Below are positions 19,512 to 28,262 of a DNA stretch of 64,000 nt, in pieces (within the stretch, counting starts at the first letter, position 1; every line of letters begins with the position of its first letter). The notes under the pieces were generated by a model, which ran no database searches, was not told the origin of the DNA, and saw only the letters and a list, made by a program, of their open reading frames with translations. Made by a program: the position numbers and the translations under genes. This DNA comes from an uncultured Acidobacteriota bacterium (GTDB lineage: Bacteria > Acidobacteriota > Thermoanaerobaculia > Multivoradales > UBA5704): positions 288,001-352,000 of the forward strand of contig CAVYRF010000001.1 of assembly GCA_963770895.1 (NCBI GenBank), read 5' to 3'.

Positions 19512-20210
19512 ATGTCAGCGCAGGCTCCGCACCACAAGCACCGGCTGCGCCAGTGGCTCTTCGAGTACTTTACCTTGCCCCTGATCAGCATGGGCCTGCC
19601 CTTCGCCGGGGGAGGCCAGCTGCCGGCGCCGCCGCCGACGACTTCGACGGTGCAGCTCACCACGACAGGGGCGCAGAAGGCGGCGGACGTGCAGCTGCAA
19701 AGCCACCTGGTCGCCGCGCGGCAGGCGGGCGACGCGGACCCCGGCGCGGGCGCACGGCTCGGCCTGGCGATCGGGCCGGCGGCCGGGGAGGCGGCCGACG
19801 GCAAGCTCGCCGACAGCTCCGTCTTCCAGGGCCGCAGCTTCACCTGGGCAAAGCCGCTGTCGACGCCGGATGCGACGGCACCCGGGGCGCCTGCCCCGAA
19901 CTTGCCGGCGAGCTTTTTGGCGGATCTCCAGGTGACCTTCAAGTTGCCGGCGGTGCCGCCGCAGCACCTGGCGTTGGTGCAGCAGGAGCACGCGGCGGCC
20001 AGCGCCGATCCGGCCAGCGCGGAGCGGCGGGAGCACCTGGTGCAGGCGATCGAGAAGGTGTCCGACATGCACGAAAAGGTGCTCGACCACGAGGAGGCGG
20101 CGCGCGCCGTCGTCGACCTGTGGGCGCAGCTGCGCCGCGAGCGCGGCGCGACCGACGAAGAGGTCGGCGAGCACCTGCGCAAGATCCGCGAGTGGACGGA
20201 CCTCAAGTAG
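19512..20210 (+). CDS. Hypothetical protein
   Basis: SD aggag, AT-rich promoter-like tgctataaaat upstream, GC3-rich codons; no family recognised. Confidence 0.6.
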   Translation: MSAQAPHHKHRLRQWLFEYFTLPLISMGLPFAGGGQLPAPPPTTSTVQLTTTGAQKAADVQLQSHLVAARQAGDADPGAGARLGLAIGPAAGEAADGKLADSSVFQGRSFTWAKPLSTPDATAPGAPAPNLPASFLADLQVTFKLPAVPPQHLALVQQEHAAASADPASAERREHLVQAIEKVSDMHEKVLDHEEAARAVVDLWAQLRRERGATDEEVGEHLRKIREWTDLK

Positions 20211-21705
20211 CGGGATTCGCCGGCGGCGGCTGGCGCGGCAGGCCGGCCGGGAACAGCAGCGCCACGCCCAGCGCCGCGGCGGCGGCGAGCGCCATCGCCA
20301 CGAAGACCGCCTGCAGCCCCGACGCCATGGCCGCCAGCAGCGGCGCCAGTTCGCGCGCCGGAATGTGGGCGCGCAAGCTCGGGTCGAGCGCCGCGTTGGG
20401 ATCGACGGTGTGGCCGGCGGCGCCGCCCAGCAGCAGGCGCAGGCGGGCGTTGAACAGCGCCCCCAGGGCGGCCACGGCGATGGTGCCGCCGATGGTGCGG
20501 AAGAACTGCACGATCGACGTGGCGACGCCGCGGCGCTGCCAGGGGACGGCGCTCTGCACCGCCACCAGGCTGGGCGTCGCGAAGCACCCGACGCCGATGC
20601 CGATGACGAAGGTGGCGACCAGCACCTCGAAGCGCGACCGGGCATGACCGGCGTGGACCAGCATCAGGCTGCCGGCAAAGCCGATGATGCCGCCGGCGAT
20701 GGCCAGGCGCCGGTAGCCGGTGCGCAGCAGCATGCGGCCGGACACCACCGAGGCGAGCGGCCAACCCAGCAGCATCGGCGTCAACACCGCGCCGGCGACC
20801 ACCGCCGGACCGCCGATCACTCCCTGGCTGAACATCGGCACGAAGGCGGTGATGGCGTAGAGCAGCGCGCCGACCACCAGGTTGCCGGTCGCGGTCACCG
20901 CGATGATGCGATCGCGGAACAGGTCGAGCGGCAGCATCGGGTCGGGGGCACGGCGCTCCTGCCAGAGGAAAAGGGCGAAGCCGAGGACCGAGGCGGCGAC
21001 CAGGATGAGCGTGGTGGCGCCGCTTCCCGCGTCGTGGATGCCGGTGCCGCCGAGCAGGGCGAACAGCAGCGCGCTGACCGCGGCGGTGAGCAGCACCGTG
21101 CCGGCGACGTCGAGCGGCGGCCTGGCGCCGCCCTTGCCGGGCGCCTGGTCCTCGCGCAGGTAGCGCTGCAGGATGAGCGACGCGGCCAGGCCGAGCGGCA
21201 CGTTGAGGTAGAAGATCCAGCGCCACGACATGGCGTCGGCGATCAGGCCGCCGAGCGGCGGTCCCAGCAGGCTCGCCGCGCCCCACACCCCCGAGAACAG
21301 CCCCTGCACCCGGCCGCGCTCTTCCAGGCTGAAGATGTCGCCGATGAGGGTCAGCGCGATGGGCTGCACGCCGCCCGCTCCCAGCCCCTGCAGGGCGCGA
21401 TACAGGATCAGCTGGTTGAGCGAATGCGCGGCGCCGGACAGCGCCGACCCCAGCAGGAACAGCGCCACCGACACGTGGAACAGCCGCCGGCGGCCGAACA
21501 GGTCGGATAGCTTGCCGTACAGCGGCACCGTCGTCGTCGACGCCAGCAGGTAGGCGGAAAAGACCCAGCTGTAGTGCGACATGCCGCCCAGCTCGCCCAC
21601 CGCCGTCGGCACCGCCGCCGCCACCGCCGTCGCCTCCAGCGCCGCCAGCGCGTTGCCCAGCATCAGCGCGGCGGTGACCAGGTTGCGTTGGCGGCCGGGT
21701 AGCAC
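20203..21705 (-). CDS. MFS drug:H+ antiporter (DHA2/EmrB-QacA type)
   Basis: YGKLSDLFGRR motif A, RALQGLGAGG, WRWIFYLNVPLG; many TM segments. Confidence 0.9.
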   Translation of the reverse strand: MLPGRQRNLVTAALMLGNALAALEATAVAAAVPTAVGELGGMSHYSWVFSAYLLASTTTVPLYGKLSDLFGRRRLFHVSVALFLLGSALSGAAHSLNQLILYRALQGLGAGGVQPIALTLIGDIFSLEERGRVQGLFSGVWGAASLLGPPLGGLIADAMSWRWIFYLNVPLGLAASLILQRYLREDQAPGKGGARPPLDVAGTVLLTAAVSALLFALLGGTGIHDAGSGATTLILVAASVLGFALFLWQERRAPDPMLPLDLFRDRIIAVTATGNLVVGALLYAITAFVPMFSQGVIGGPAVVAGAVLTPMLLGWPLASVVSGRMLLRTGYRRLAIAGGIIGFAGSLMLVHAGHARSRFEVLVATFVIGIGVGCFATPSLVAVQSAVPWQRRGVATSIVQFFRTIGGTIAVAALGALFNARLRLLLGGAAGHTVDPNAALDPSLRAHIPARELAPLLAAMASGLQAVFVAMALAAAAALGVALLFPAGLPRQPPPANPAT

Positions 21706-21913
21706 GATCGGGAAGGGAGAGGAGGCGCGTCCGCCAGGGTGGGCGGCGCGCGCAGGACACTACCATGGCGCTGAAACCAGGCCCCGCAAACGGGCGTACT
21801 CCATGCAATGCGCCGGTGCCGCTGGGCCGGCGGCGGGCGCCGATGCTAGTATCGTGCGCCGTCATGGGGCTCGCGGCGCGGGCCCCGCTCCTACCGCGAC
21901 CGGAGGTTCCTGC

Positions 21914-22390
21914 TTGCACCCGAACGAAGAGCTGATCCGCCGTTTCTACGACTGCTTCCAGGCCCGCGACGGCGCCGGGATGGGGGCGTGCTATGGGCCG
22001 TCGCTGCGGTTCTCGGACCCGGTGTTTCCGGATCTGGACGCGGCGGGGGCGCGCGCGATGTGGAAGATGCTATGCGAGCGCGGCAAGGATCTGCAGGTGG
22101 AGCTGGGCACGGTGGCGGCCAACGACCGCGCCGGCCACGCGCGGTGGGAAGCCTGGTACACGTTCAGCAATACCGGGCGGGCGGTGCACAACCGCATCGA
22201 AGCGCGGTTCCTGTTCGGCGGCGGCGCGATCGTCGAGCATCACGATTCGTTTCCGCTATGGAAGTGGGCGGGCCAGGCGCTGGGCCTCAAGGGCCAGCTG
22301 CTGGGTTGGGCGCCCATGGTGCAGAACGCCATCCGCCGCCAGGCCGCCGGGGGGCTGGCAGCCTACCGGACCAAGCATCCCGGCGACTAA
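21914..22390 (+). CDS. NTF2/SnoaL-like protein
   Basis: SD ggagg plus TTG start; HPNEELIRRFY...FSDPVF...AMWKML...WEAWYTF...IVEHHDSF. Confidence 0.85.
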   Translation: MHPNEELIRRFYDCFQARDGAGMGACYGPSLRFSDPVFPDLDAAGARAMWKMLCERGKDLQVELGTVAANDRAGHARWEAWYTFSNTGRAVHNRIEARFLFGGGAIVEHHDSFPLWKWAGQALGLKGQLLGWAPMVQNAIRRQAAGGLAAYRTKHPGD

Positions 22391-22550
22391 TGGCCTGTAT
22401 CGGTGAAATCGGCAGCGCCTGGCTTGCCCTCGACGGCGGGGGCTGCGTTGCGCCTCCTCGACATAGGCTCAACTATGCCTGCGTCGGCGCGCCTGGCCCG
22501 CGCCGCCGAATGGCGGCGCCATCCGCTTCCAATTTCACCGATACAGGCCA
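22391..22550. mobile_element. MITE-like 160-bp element with 27-bp terminal inverted repeats
   Basis: Left tggcctgtatcggtgaaatcggcagcg vs right (reverse complement) tggcctgtatcggtgaaattggaagcg (2 mismatches); flanked by ctaa / ctag; internal catag..ctatg hairpin. Confidence 0.7.
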
Positions 22551-22786
22551 CTAGCCCCGGTCCTCCGGGCGCGCGGAGGCGGCGTCGCCGGCTCGGCTGG
22601 TGCTCCGTTTGCATTGGTCCTGGGTGGGCTCATAGACGCCGCTTCTCCGGCGTCCGTACTACATCCCCTGGAGCCGCCCGCGCGGGACGGCCGGCGCGAC
22701 GTGCCCGGCTGGCCCACTTGCGACGTGCCCGAACCGAGATGATGGGGCGGCGGGCGGACCATAACCACGATACGGATGCGACACCG

Positions 22787-24295
22787 ATGACCGAACAGCT
22801 GCGAGACCCCGAGCTCGACCGCCTGATCCAACAATTGAACAGCACGTCGGGCGGGCGCGCCGCGACCGCCGAAGCCGACGATGCGTTCGACCATCAGGAG
22901 CGCTTCGAACGCGTCGAGCGCGCCGGCGATGCCGGCGACGTCGGCGACACCGGCGGCGAGGACGACGATCACGATCGCTTCGGCGGCGGCGCCTCAGGTC
23001 CGCTGGCCGCGTCGCTGCCGGTCGCCGGCGGCCCCCAGGTCGGTGCTCCCCCGGCGCTCCTGACCATGCCGCGCCGCACGCCGGCGGCGAAAGCCGTCAG
23101 CGCTGGCGCCGCCGGCGCCGGCGAGCCCCTGGACGAGCCGCTGGGACGCGGCGGCGCCGCGGCCAATGCGGCGGGGGAGGCGCTGGGGCGGCTGCTCGGC
23201 GAATCGGCGCGGCGCGGGGCGAGCGACGTCCTGCTGATGCCCGGCCTGCCGGCGGTATTCCGCATCGACGGCCGGCTGAAGCGCGCCGACGGCGACCCGC
23301 TGTCCGGCGACGACATCGCGCGCCTGTTCCGGCCGCAGCTGGGCGGGCGGGTGCGGCGCGAGATCGAGGAGCGCGGCTACTCCGACTTCTCGCTCCACCT
23401 GCCGGGCGCGGCGCCGGCAGGCGGCGGCGCGGCGGCGGAGTTTGCGGGCGAGGCGGCGCGCACCGCCGGCGCCTGGCGCTTCCGGGTGAACCTGCACAGC
23501 CAGCGCGGCGAGCTGGCGGCGGCGCTGCGCGCCCTGCCGCACGAGATCCCGACGCTCGCCGGCCTCAACCTGCCGGCTTCCTTTGCCGAGCTGGTCAAGC
23601 AGAGCCGCGGCCTGGTCCTGGTGTGCGGCCCGACCGGTTCGGGCAAGTCGTCCACCTTGGCGGCGCTGATCGGCGAGATCAACCGCACCCGCACCGTCCA
23701 CGTCATCACCATCGAAGACCCGGTCGAATACGAGCACCGCTCCAACAAGTCGATCATCGAGCACGTCGAAGTGGGGCGCGACGCGCGCACCTTCAGCGAG
23801 GCGCTGCGCGCCGCGGTGCGCCAGGACCCCGACGTCATCCTGGTCGGCGAGATGCGCGACCTGGAAACCATGGCGACGGCGGTGACCGCCGCCGAAACCG
23901 GCCACCTGGTCCTGGCCACCCTGCACTCCAACGACGCGGTGCAGGCCGTCCACCGCATCGTCGACGTGTTCCCGCCGGTGCAGCAGGCGCAGATCCGCCA
24001 GCAGCTGGCGCTGTCGCTGACCGCGGTCGTCGCGCAGCAGCTGGTGCCGCGCGCCGACGGCCGCGGCCGCATCCCGGCGGTGGAGCTGATGCTGGCGACC
24101 TTCCCCATCCGCCACCACATCCGCAGCGACAAGCTGGAAAAGCTCTACAACGAGATCACCCTGGGCAAGCGCCAAGGCATGACGTCCTTCGAGGAATCGC
24201 TGGCCCAGCTGGTGCGCGCCGGCAAGATCGATCTAGAAGAAGCCCGCGTCCGCGCGAGCCATCCCGAAGAGCTGGACACCCGCCTGCGCGGCTGA
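22787..24295 (+). CDS. pilT: Type IV pilus retraction ATPase PilT/PilU family with long N-terminal extension
   Basis: GPTGSGKSSTL, TIEDPVE, RQDPDVILVGEMRD, AAETGHLVLATLH; start uncertain. Confidence 0.85.
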   Translation: MTEQLRDPELDRLIQQLNSTSGGRAATAEADDAFDHQERFERVERAGDAGDVGDTGGEDDDHDRFGGGASGPLAASLPVAGGPQVGAPPALLTMPRRTPAAKAVSAGAAGAGEPLDEPLGRGGAAANAAGEALGRLLGESARRGASDVLLMPGLPAVFRIDGRLKRADGDPLSGDDIARLFRPQLGGRVRREIEERGYSDFSLHLPGAAPAGGGAAAEFAGEAARTAGAWRFRVNLHSQRGELAAALRALPHEIPTLAGLNLPASFAELVKQSRGLVLVCGPTGSGKSSTLAALIGEINRTRTVHVITIEDPVEYEHRSNKSIIEHVEVGRDARTFSEALRAAVRQDPDVILVGEMRDLETMATAVTAAETGHLVLATLHSNDAVQAVHRIVDVFPPVQQAQIRQQLALSLTAVVAQQLVPRADGRGRIPAVELMLATFPIRHHIRSDKLEKLYNEITLGKRQGMTSFEESLAQLVRAGKIDLEEARVRASHPEELDTRLRG

Positions 24296-24411
24296 CGCGG
24301 GTCGGCGTGGCCTGCCACCGCCGACCGGTACACCCGCGCCCCGGCGCGTCCAGCCCCTGGTGCGTCCAGACGCCGACGCGCCGAGGCCCCGGCCACCGCC
24401 GGCTCGGGCCG

Positions 24412-24591
24412 CTATTGGTCGCAGACCGACTTCAACGAACACCGCGGATATTCGGTGATGGTGCAGGCGCAGACGGTGACGCAGGTGTTGGCGGTGGCCA
24501 CGTCCCCGGCGGCTTGCCGCAGGCCGTCACGCGAAGCGGCCAGGCTGTGCAGCGTTTCGCGGGTCAGGTGCAGCTTCTTGCTCTTGCGCAT
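24412..24591 (-). CDS. Putative RiPP (lanthipeptide-like) precursor 2, 59 aa, absent from the ORF track
   Basis: Hand translation: MRKSKKLHLTRETLHSLAASRDGLRQAAGDVATANTCVTVCACTITEYPRCSLKSVCDQ*; SD aaggagg; leader shared with its neighbour. Confidence 0.8.
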   Translation of the reverse strand: MRKSKKLHLTRETLHSLAASRDGLRQAAGDVATANTCVTVCACTITEYPRCSLKSVCDQ

Positions 24592-24621
24592 GACGGCCTC
24601 CTTGGTAGCTGAGTTTGGCGT

Positions 24622-24810
24622 TCAACAGTTGTCGCGGCCCGAGCAGTTTTGCGGGTCGGTGGGGTTGCAGGCGACGCAGTTGGTGACGCAGGCGCTGAAA
24701 CAGCTGATGACCAGGGTGGCGCCGGCCGCCGCCTGGCGCAGGTCGACACGGGGAGCGGCGAGGTTGCGCAGGGTCTCGCGGCTGAGGGCTAGTTTCTTGC
24801 TCTTGTGCAT
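24622..24810 (-). CDS. Putative RiPP (lanthipeptide-like) precursor 1, 62 aa
   Basis: MHKSKKLALSRETLRNLAAPRVDLRQAAAGATLVISCFSACVTNCVACNPTDPQNCSGRDNC*; SD gaaggag. Confidence 0.8.
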   Translation of the reverse strand: MHKSKKLALSRETLRNLAAPRVDLRQAAAGATLVISCFSACVTNCVACNPTDPQNCSGRDNC

Positions 24811-24917
24811 GTTGCGGTCTCCTTCGGTTCGCATCGTAGGAGCCGCGTGAATGGCGTGTCAATGCGGCCCGGACCTATCGGCCCGCGCTCGCCTTGCACG
24901 CTGTACAACGGGAAAGT

Positions 24918-26654
24918 CTAGGTTTCCAGGCGGAAGCGGGTTTCGGCCAGGCGGTAGAGGCGGCGCCAGACCAGGCGGTTGGTGACGACCACGATGGCGG
25001 CCAGGACGACGGTCGCGGTCAGCAGCTGATCGAAGTTGCCGGAGGCGGCGGCGGCGCTGATCAGCGAGCCCAGGCCGGTCGCCTGCAGGGTGCGGCCCTG
25101 GAAGTGGGTGTATTCCGCCAGGATGCTGGCGTTCCAGGCGCCGCCGGCGGCGGTGACCATGCCGGTGACCAGGAAGGGGAAGATGCCGGGCAGGATGAGC
25201 AGCCGCCAGCGCTCGCCGCGGGTGAAGCGGAAGACGCTCGCGGCCTCCTTGAGGTCGCTGGGGATGCCCATGGCGCCGGCGATGACATTGAACAGGATGT
25301 ACCACTGGGTGCCCAGCAGGATGAGGATGATCGGCGCCACGCCAAGCCCGCCGTCCTTGGTGATGAAGAACAGCAGCACCACCGGGAAGAGCGCCGTGGC
25401 GGGCACCGAGGCGGCGATCTGCACGATCGGCTGGACGACGCGCGCGATGCGCGGGTTGGAGCCGATGGCGACGCCGGCGGGGATCGCCCAGGCGGCGCCG
25501 ATGGCCAGGGCGCACAGGACGCGCAGGAAGGTGGCGCCGGCGCCGCGCAGGATGTCGCCCAGCTCGCCGCGGGTGAGCGATGCGAGCTGCATGCCGACGT
25601 GCACCAGCGCGTAAGCGGCGGCTGCCAGCACCGCCGCCGCCAAAAGCCAGCCGATCCAGCCGGCGAAGCGGGCGCGGCGCACCGGCGGCGGCTGATCGGC
25701 GCGGCGCACGAAGGCGGCGTTCAGGCGCTCGGCCAGCGGCGCCATCGCCTTCTGCCGCAGGTAGGCCAGGAAGGGAGAGCGCTGCACCAGGTTGAACACC
25801 CCCGAGTGCGGCACGGCGTCGCCCTCCACCTGCTCGAACTTGAACTTGTCGGCCCAGCAGATGATCGGCCGCCAGACCAGCTGGTCGAGCAGCACGATGA
25901 CGCTGATCATCGCCAGGAGGCCCCACAGGATCGCGGTGTTGTCGCCGGCGCTGGCCGCGGTCTGCAGGTAGGAGCCCAACCCCGGCAGGCGGAAGTCCCA
26001 CTTGCCCAGGATGAACATCTCGCAGGTCATGAGGTAGAACCAGCCGGCCGCCACCGACACCATCGAGTTCCACACCAGGCCGAGCGCCGAATAGGGCAGC
26101 TCCAGGCGCACCAGCCGCTGCCAGGCGTTGAAGCGATAGATGCGCGCCGCCTCGCGCAGCTCGGTGGGGATCGCCTTGAGCGACGAGTAGAAGCTGAACG
26201 CAATGTTCCACACCTGGCCGGTGAAGATCAGCAGGATGGTGCCCAGCTCCACCCCCACCTGCGAGTGCGGGAAGATGGCGATCATGGCGAGCATCAAGGG
26301 GGGCAGGAAGCTGACCACCGGGATCGACTGCATGATGTCGAGCAGCGGGATCATCAGCCGCTCGGCGGTGCGGTGGTACGCCGCCACGTACCCATAGACC
26401 AGCGCGAAGGCCATCGACAGCACGTAGGCGATCGTCATGCGCAGCAGCGAATAGGCGGTGTAGAGCGGCAGCGCCGATGGGCGTTGCGAGATGGCGGTGG
26501 ACTGGGCGAAGGGCCCCAGCCAGGTGCGGGCCAGCGCCAGCACGCCCCAGAAGAGAGCCAGGCCCAGGCCGATGATCAGCAGGTCCGCCCACGAGCCGCC
26601 GGGGCGCTCGTCCAGCACGGACGTCGCGACGGGGCCGGGGGTCGGTTTGAGCAT
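24918..26654 (-). CDS. ABC permease, NitT/TauT family with two fused TM modules
   Basis: Two EAA loops (ELREAARIY, DLKEAASVF); LDIMQSIPV, GGAWNASI. Confidence 0.88.
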   Translation of the reverse strand: MLKPTPGPVATSVLDERPGGSWADLLIIGLGLALFWGVLALARTWLGPFAQSTAISQRPSALPLYTAYSLLRMTIAYVLSMAFALVYGYVAAYHRTAERLMIPLLDIMQSIPVVSFLPPLMLAMIAIFPHSQVGVELGTILLIFTGQVWNIAFSFYSSLKAIPTELREAARIYRFNAWQRLVRLELPYSALGLVWNSMVSVAAGWFYLMTCEMFILGKWDFRLPGLGSYLQTAASAGDNTAILWGLLAMISVIVLLDQLVWRPIICWADKFKFEQVEGDAVPHSGVFNLVQRSPFLAYLRQKAMAPLAERLNAAFVRRADQPPPVRRARFAGWIGWLLAAAVLAAAAYALVHVGMQLASLTRGELGDILRGAGATFLRVLCALAIGAAWAIPAGVAIGSNPRIARVVQPIVQIAASVPATALFPVVLLFFITKDGGLGVAPIILILLGTQWYILFNVIAGAMGIPSDLKEAASVFRFTRGERWRLLILPGIFPFLVTGMVTAAGGAWNASILAEYTHFQGRTLQATGLGSLISAAAASGNFDQLLTATVVLAAIVVVTNRLVWRRLYRLAETRFRLET

Positions 26655-26723
26655 GGCGATTCCGGCCGTGAGCGAAGCTGGGATGCGATCGAGCGCCAGG
26701 GGCGGGACAGGTGGTACTGGCGA

Positions 26724-28076
26724 TCAGTCTTCGGTCAGGTGCAGGCGCCCGGACTTGGCGTCGTAGTCGAAGATTTCCGCGTAGCGGCCCCAGTGGATGG
26801 CGGTCTGCAGCTGGCGCTCCGCTTCGTCGCTGCTGAAATGTTCGTCCAGGATGTCGGAAAAGAAATCGTCGGGCAGCGTGCGGTCGGCCTTGGTGCGCAG
26901 CGAGTTGGCGATCTGGCGCAGCAGCGTCACGTGCTGCAGCGCCGCATCCTTGAAGAGCTTTTTGCGCGTCAGGATGTCCGCTTCGGCGAAGGCCTTGCCG
27001 ATCGGGGTAATTTCCACGTCGCCCTCCTGCACGCGGATGAAATCGAGCATCGCGCAGGCTTCGATGATCGGCAGCAGGTCGCTGACTTCCATGCCCAGCT
27101 CGTCGGCCAGGCCGTACAGGTCGTCCTTGCCGCCGCGGTCGATGAGGATCTCCAGCAGGCCGGCGATGCCGCCCGGCCGCGCGTGCGGCAGCATCTGGTA
27201 GGAGACCGCGCGCTCGGCGGTGGCGGCGGACGACGTCTGACGACCGCCGGCGCCGATGGTGGTGGCGGTGGGCGGGGCGTGGTCGACGTTGGGCTGGGTG
27301 AGGACCTTGTAGATGTGGTCCACCAGCTCCAGGAAGCGGCGCGACTTGCGGTCGCGCGGCCGCGTCAGCTCGACTTCGAAGTCGGCGCGGATGCGGCCGG
27401 GATTGCGGCCCAGCACGATGACCCGGTCGGCCAGCAGCACCGCCTCTTCGATGTTGTGGGTGACCAGGAAGATGGCGCGCGTCGGCATCTTGCGGTTGGT
27501 CCACAGCTCCAGCAGCTCGCCGCGCAGGTTTTCGGCGGTCAGCACGTCGAGGGCCGAAAACGGTTCGTCCATGAACAGCACGTCCGGTTCCACGACCAGC
27601 GCCCGCGCGAAGCCGACGCGCTGCTTCATGCCGCCGGACAGCTCCTTGGGGTAGGCGGTTTCGAAGCCGTCGAGCCCCACGGTGTCCAGGATCTTGAGCG
27701 CCCGCTTGCGCCGGTCGACGACGCCGATGCCGCGCGCCGCGAGCGGCGCCTCGACGTTTTCGAGCACCGTCAGCCAGGGGAACAGGGCGAAGTTCTGGAA
27801 CACGATCGAGACGTTGGGCGCCTGGCCGGCTTCGGGCGCCTTGCGCCAGCGCACCGCGCCGGCCGACGGCGGCACCAGGCCGGTCATCATGCGCAGCAGC
27901 GTCGATTTGCCCGAGCCGGAGGGTCCCAGCAGGGCGAGGATCTTTTCGGGGTAGATCGCCAGGTTGGTGGGGGCGATGACTTCGATGCGGTTGCCCTCGG
28001 GCTGGATGTAGTACTTCTCGACGTCGCTGGTTTCGACGATCGGCAGCGGCGGAGCTGTCGTTTCCAAGGCCTGCAT
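26724..28076 (-). CDS. ABC ATPase, nitrate/sulfonate/bicarbonate type, with C-terminal AAA-associated domain
   Basis: GPSGSGKST, LSGGMKQRVG, MDEPFSALD, C-terminal WGRYAEIFDYD. Confidence 0.9.
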   Translation of the reverse strand: MQALETTAPPLPIVETSDVEKYYIQPEGNRIEVIAPTNLAIYPEKILALLGPSGSGKSTLLRMMTGLVPPSAGAVRWRKAPEAGQAPNVSIVFQNFALFPWLTVLENVEAPLAARGIGVVDRRKRALKILDTVGLDGFETAYPKELSGGMKQRVGFARALVVEPDVLFMDEPFSALDVLTAENLRGELLELWTNRKMPTRAIFLVTHNIEEAVLLADRVIVLGRNPGRIRADFEVELTRPRDRKSRRFLELVDHIYKVLTQPNVDHAPPTATTIGAGGRQTSSAATAERAVSYQMLPHARPGGIAGLLEILIDRGGKDDLYGLADELGMEVSDLLPIIEACAMLDFIRVQEGDVEITPIGKAFAEADILTRKKLFKDAALQHVTLLRQIANSLRTKADRTLPDDFFSDILDEHFSSDEAERQLQTAIHWGRYAEIFDYDAKSGRLHLTED

Positions 28077-28262
28077 CGGGTTCCTCGCTGCGCGCAAAAA
28101 TCCTGTGGTGCGGACGCCGGCGGAGTACGACAGGCTGGCCTACGCGCCTCCCGGGACGTGCGCGGGTGATCGGCTGAGCTTTGCACGCACCCTGCCATCA
28201 GTCAATGGAAACCGGCCCGTTCCGGGGTGCGCCCCGGTGACGGGCGGGTGACGGCCGTACGC

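Noticed and set aside
22787-24295. Type IV pilus or secretion locus around pilT
   Set aside because: No pilin, pilB, pilC or secretin genes in the window; solitary pilT paralogs are common
28080-28260. Riboswitch upstream of the NitT-type ABC genes
   Set aside because: I recognised no known aptamer consensus or terminator by eye; an Rfam/Infernal scan would be needed
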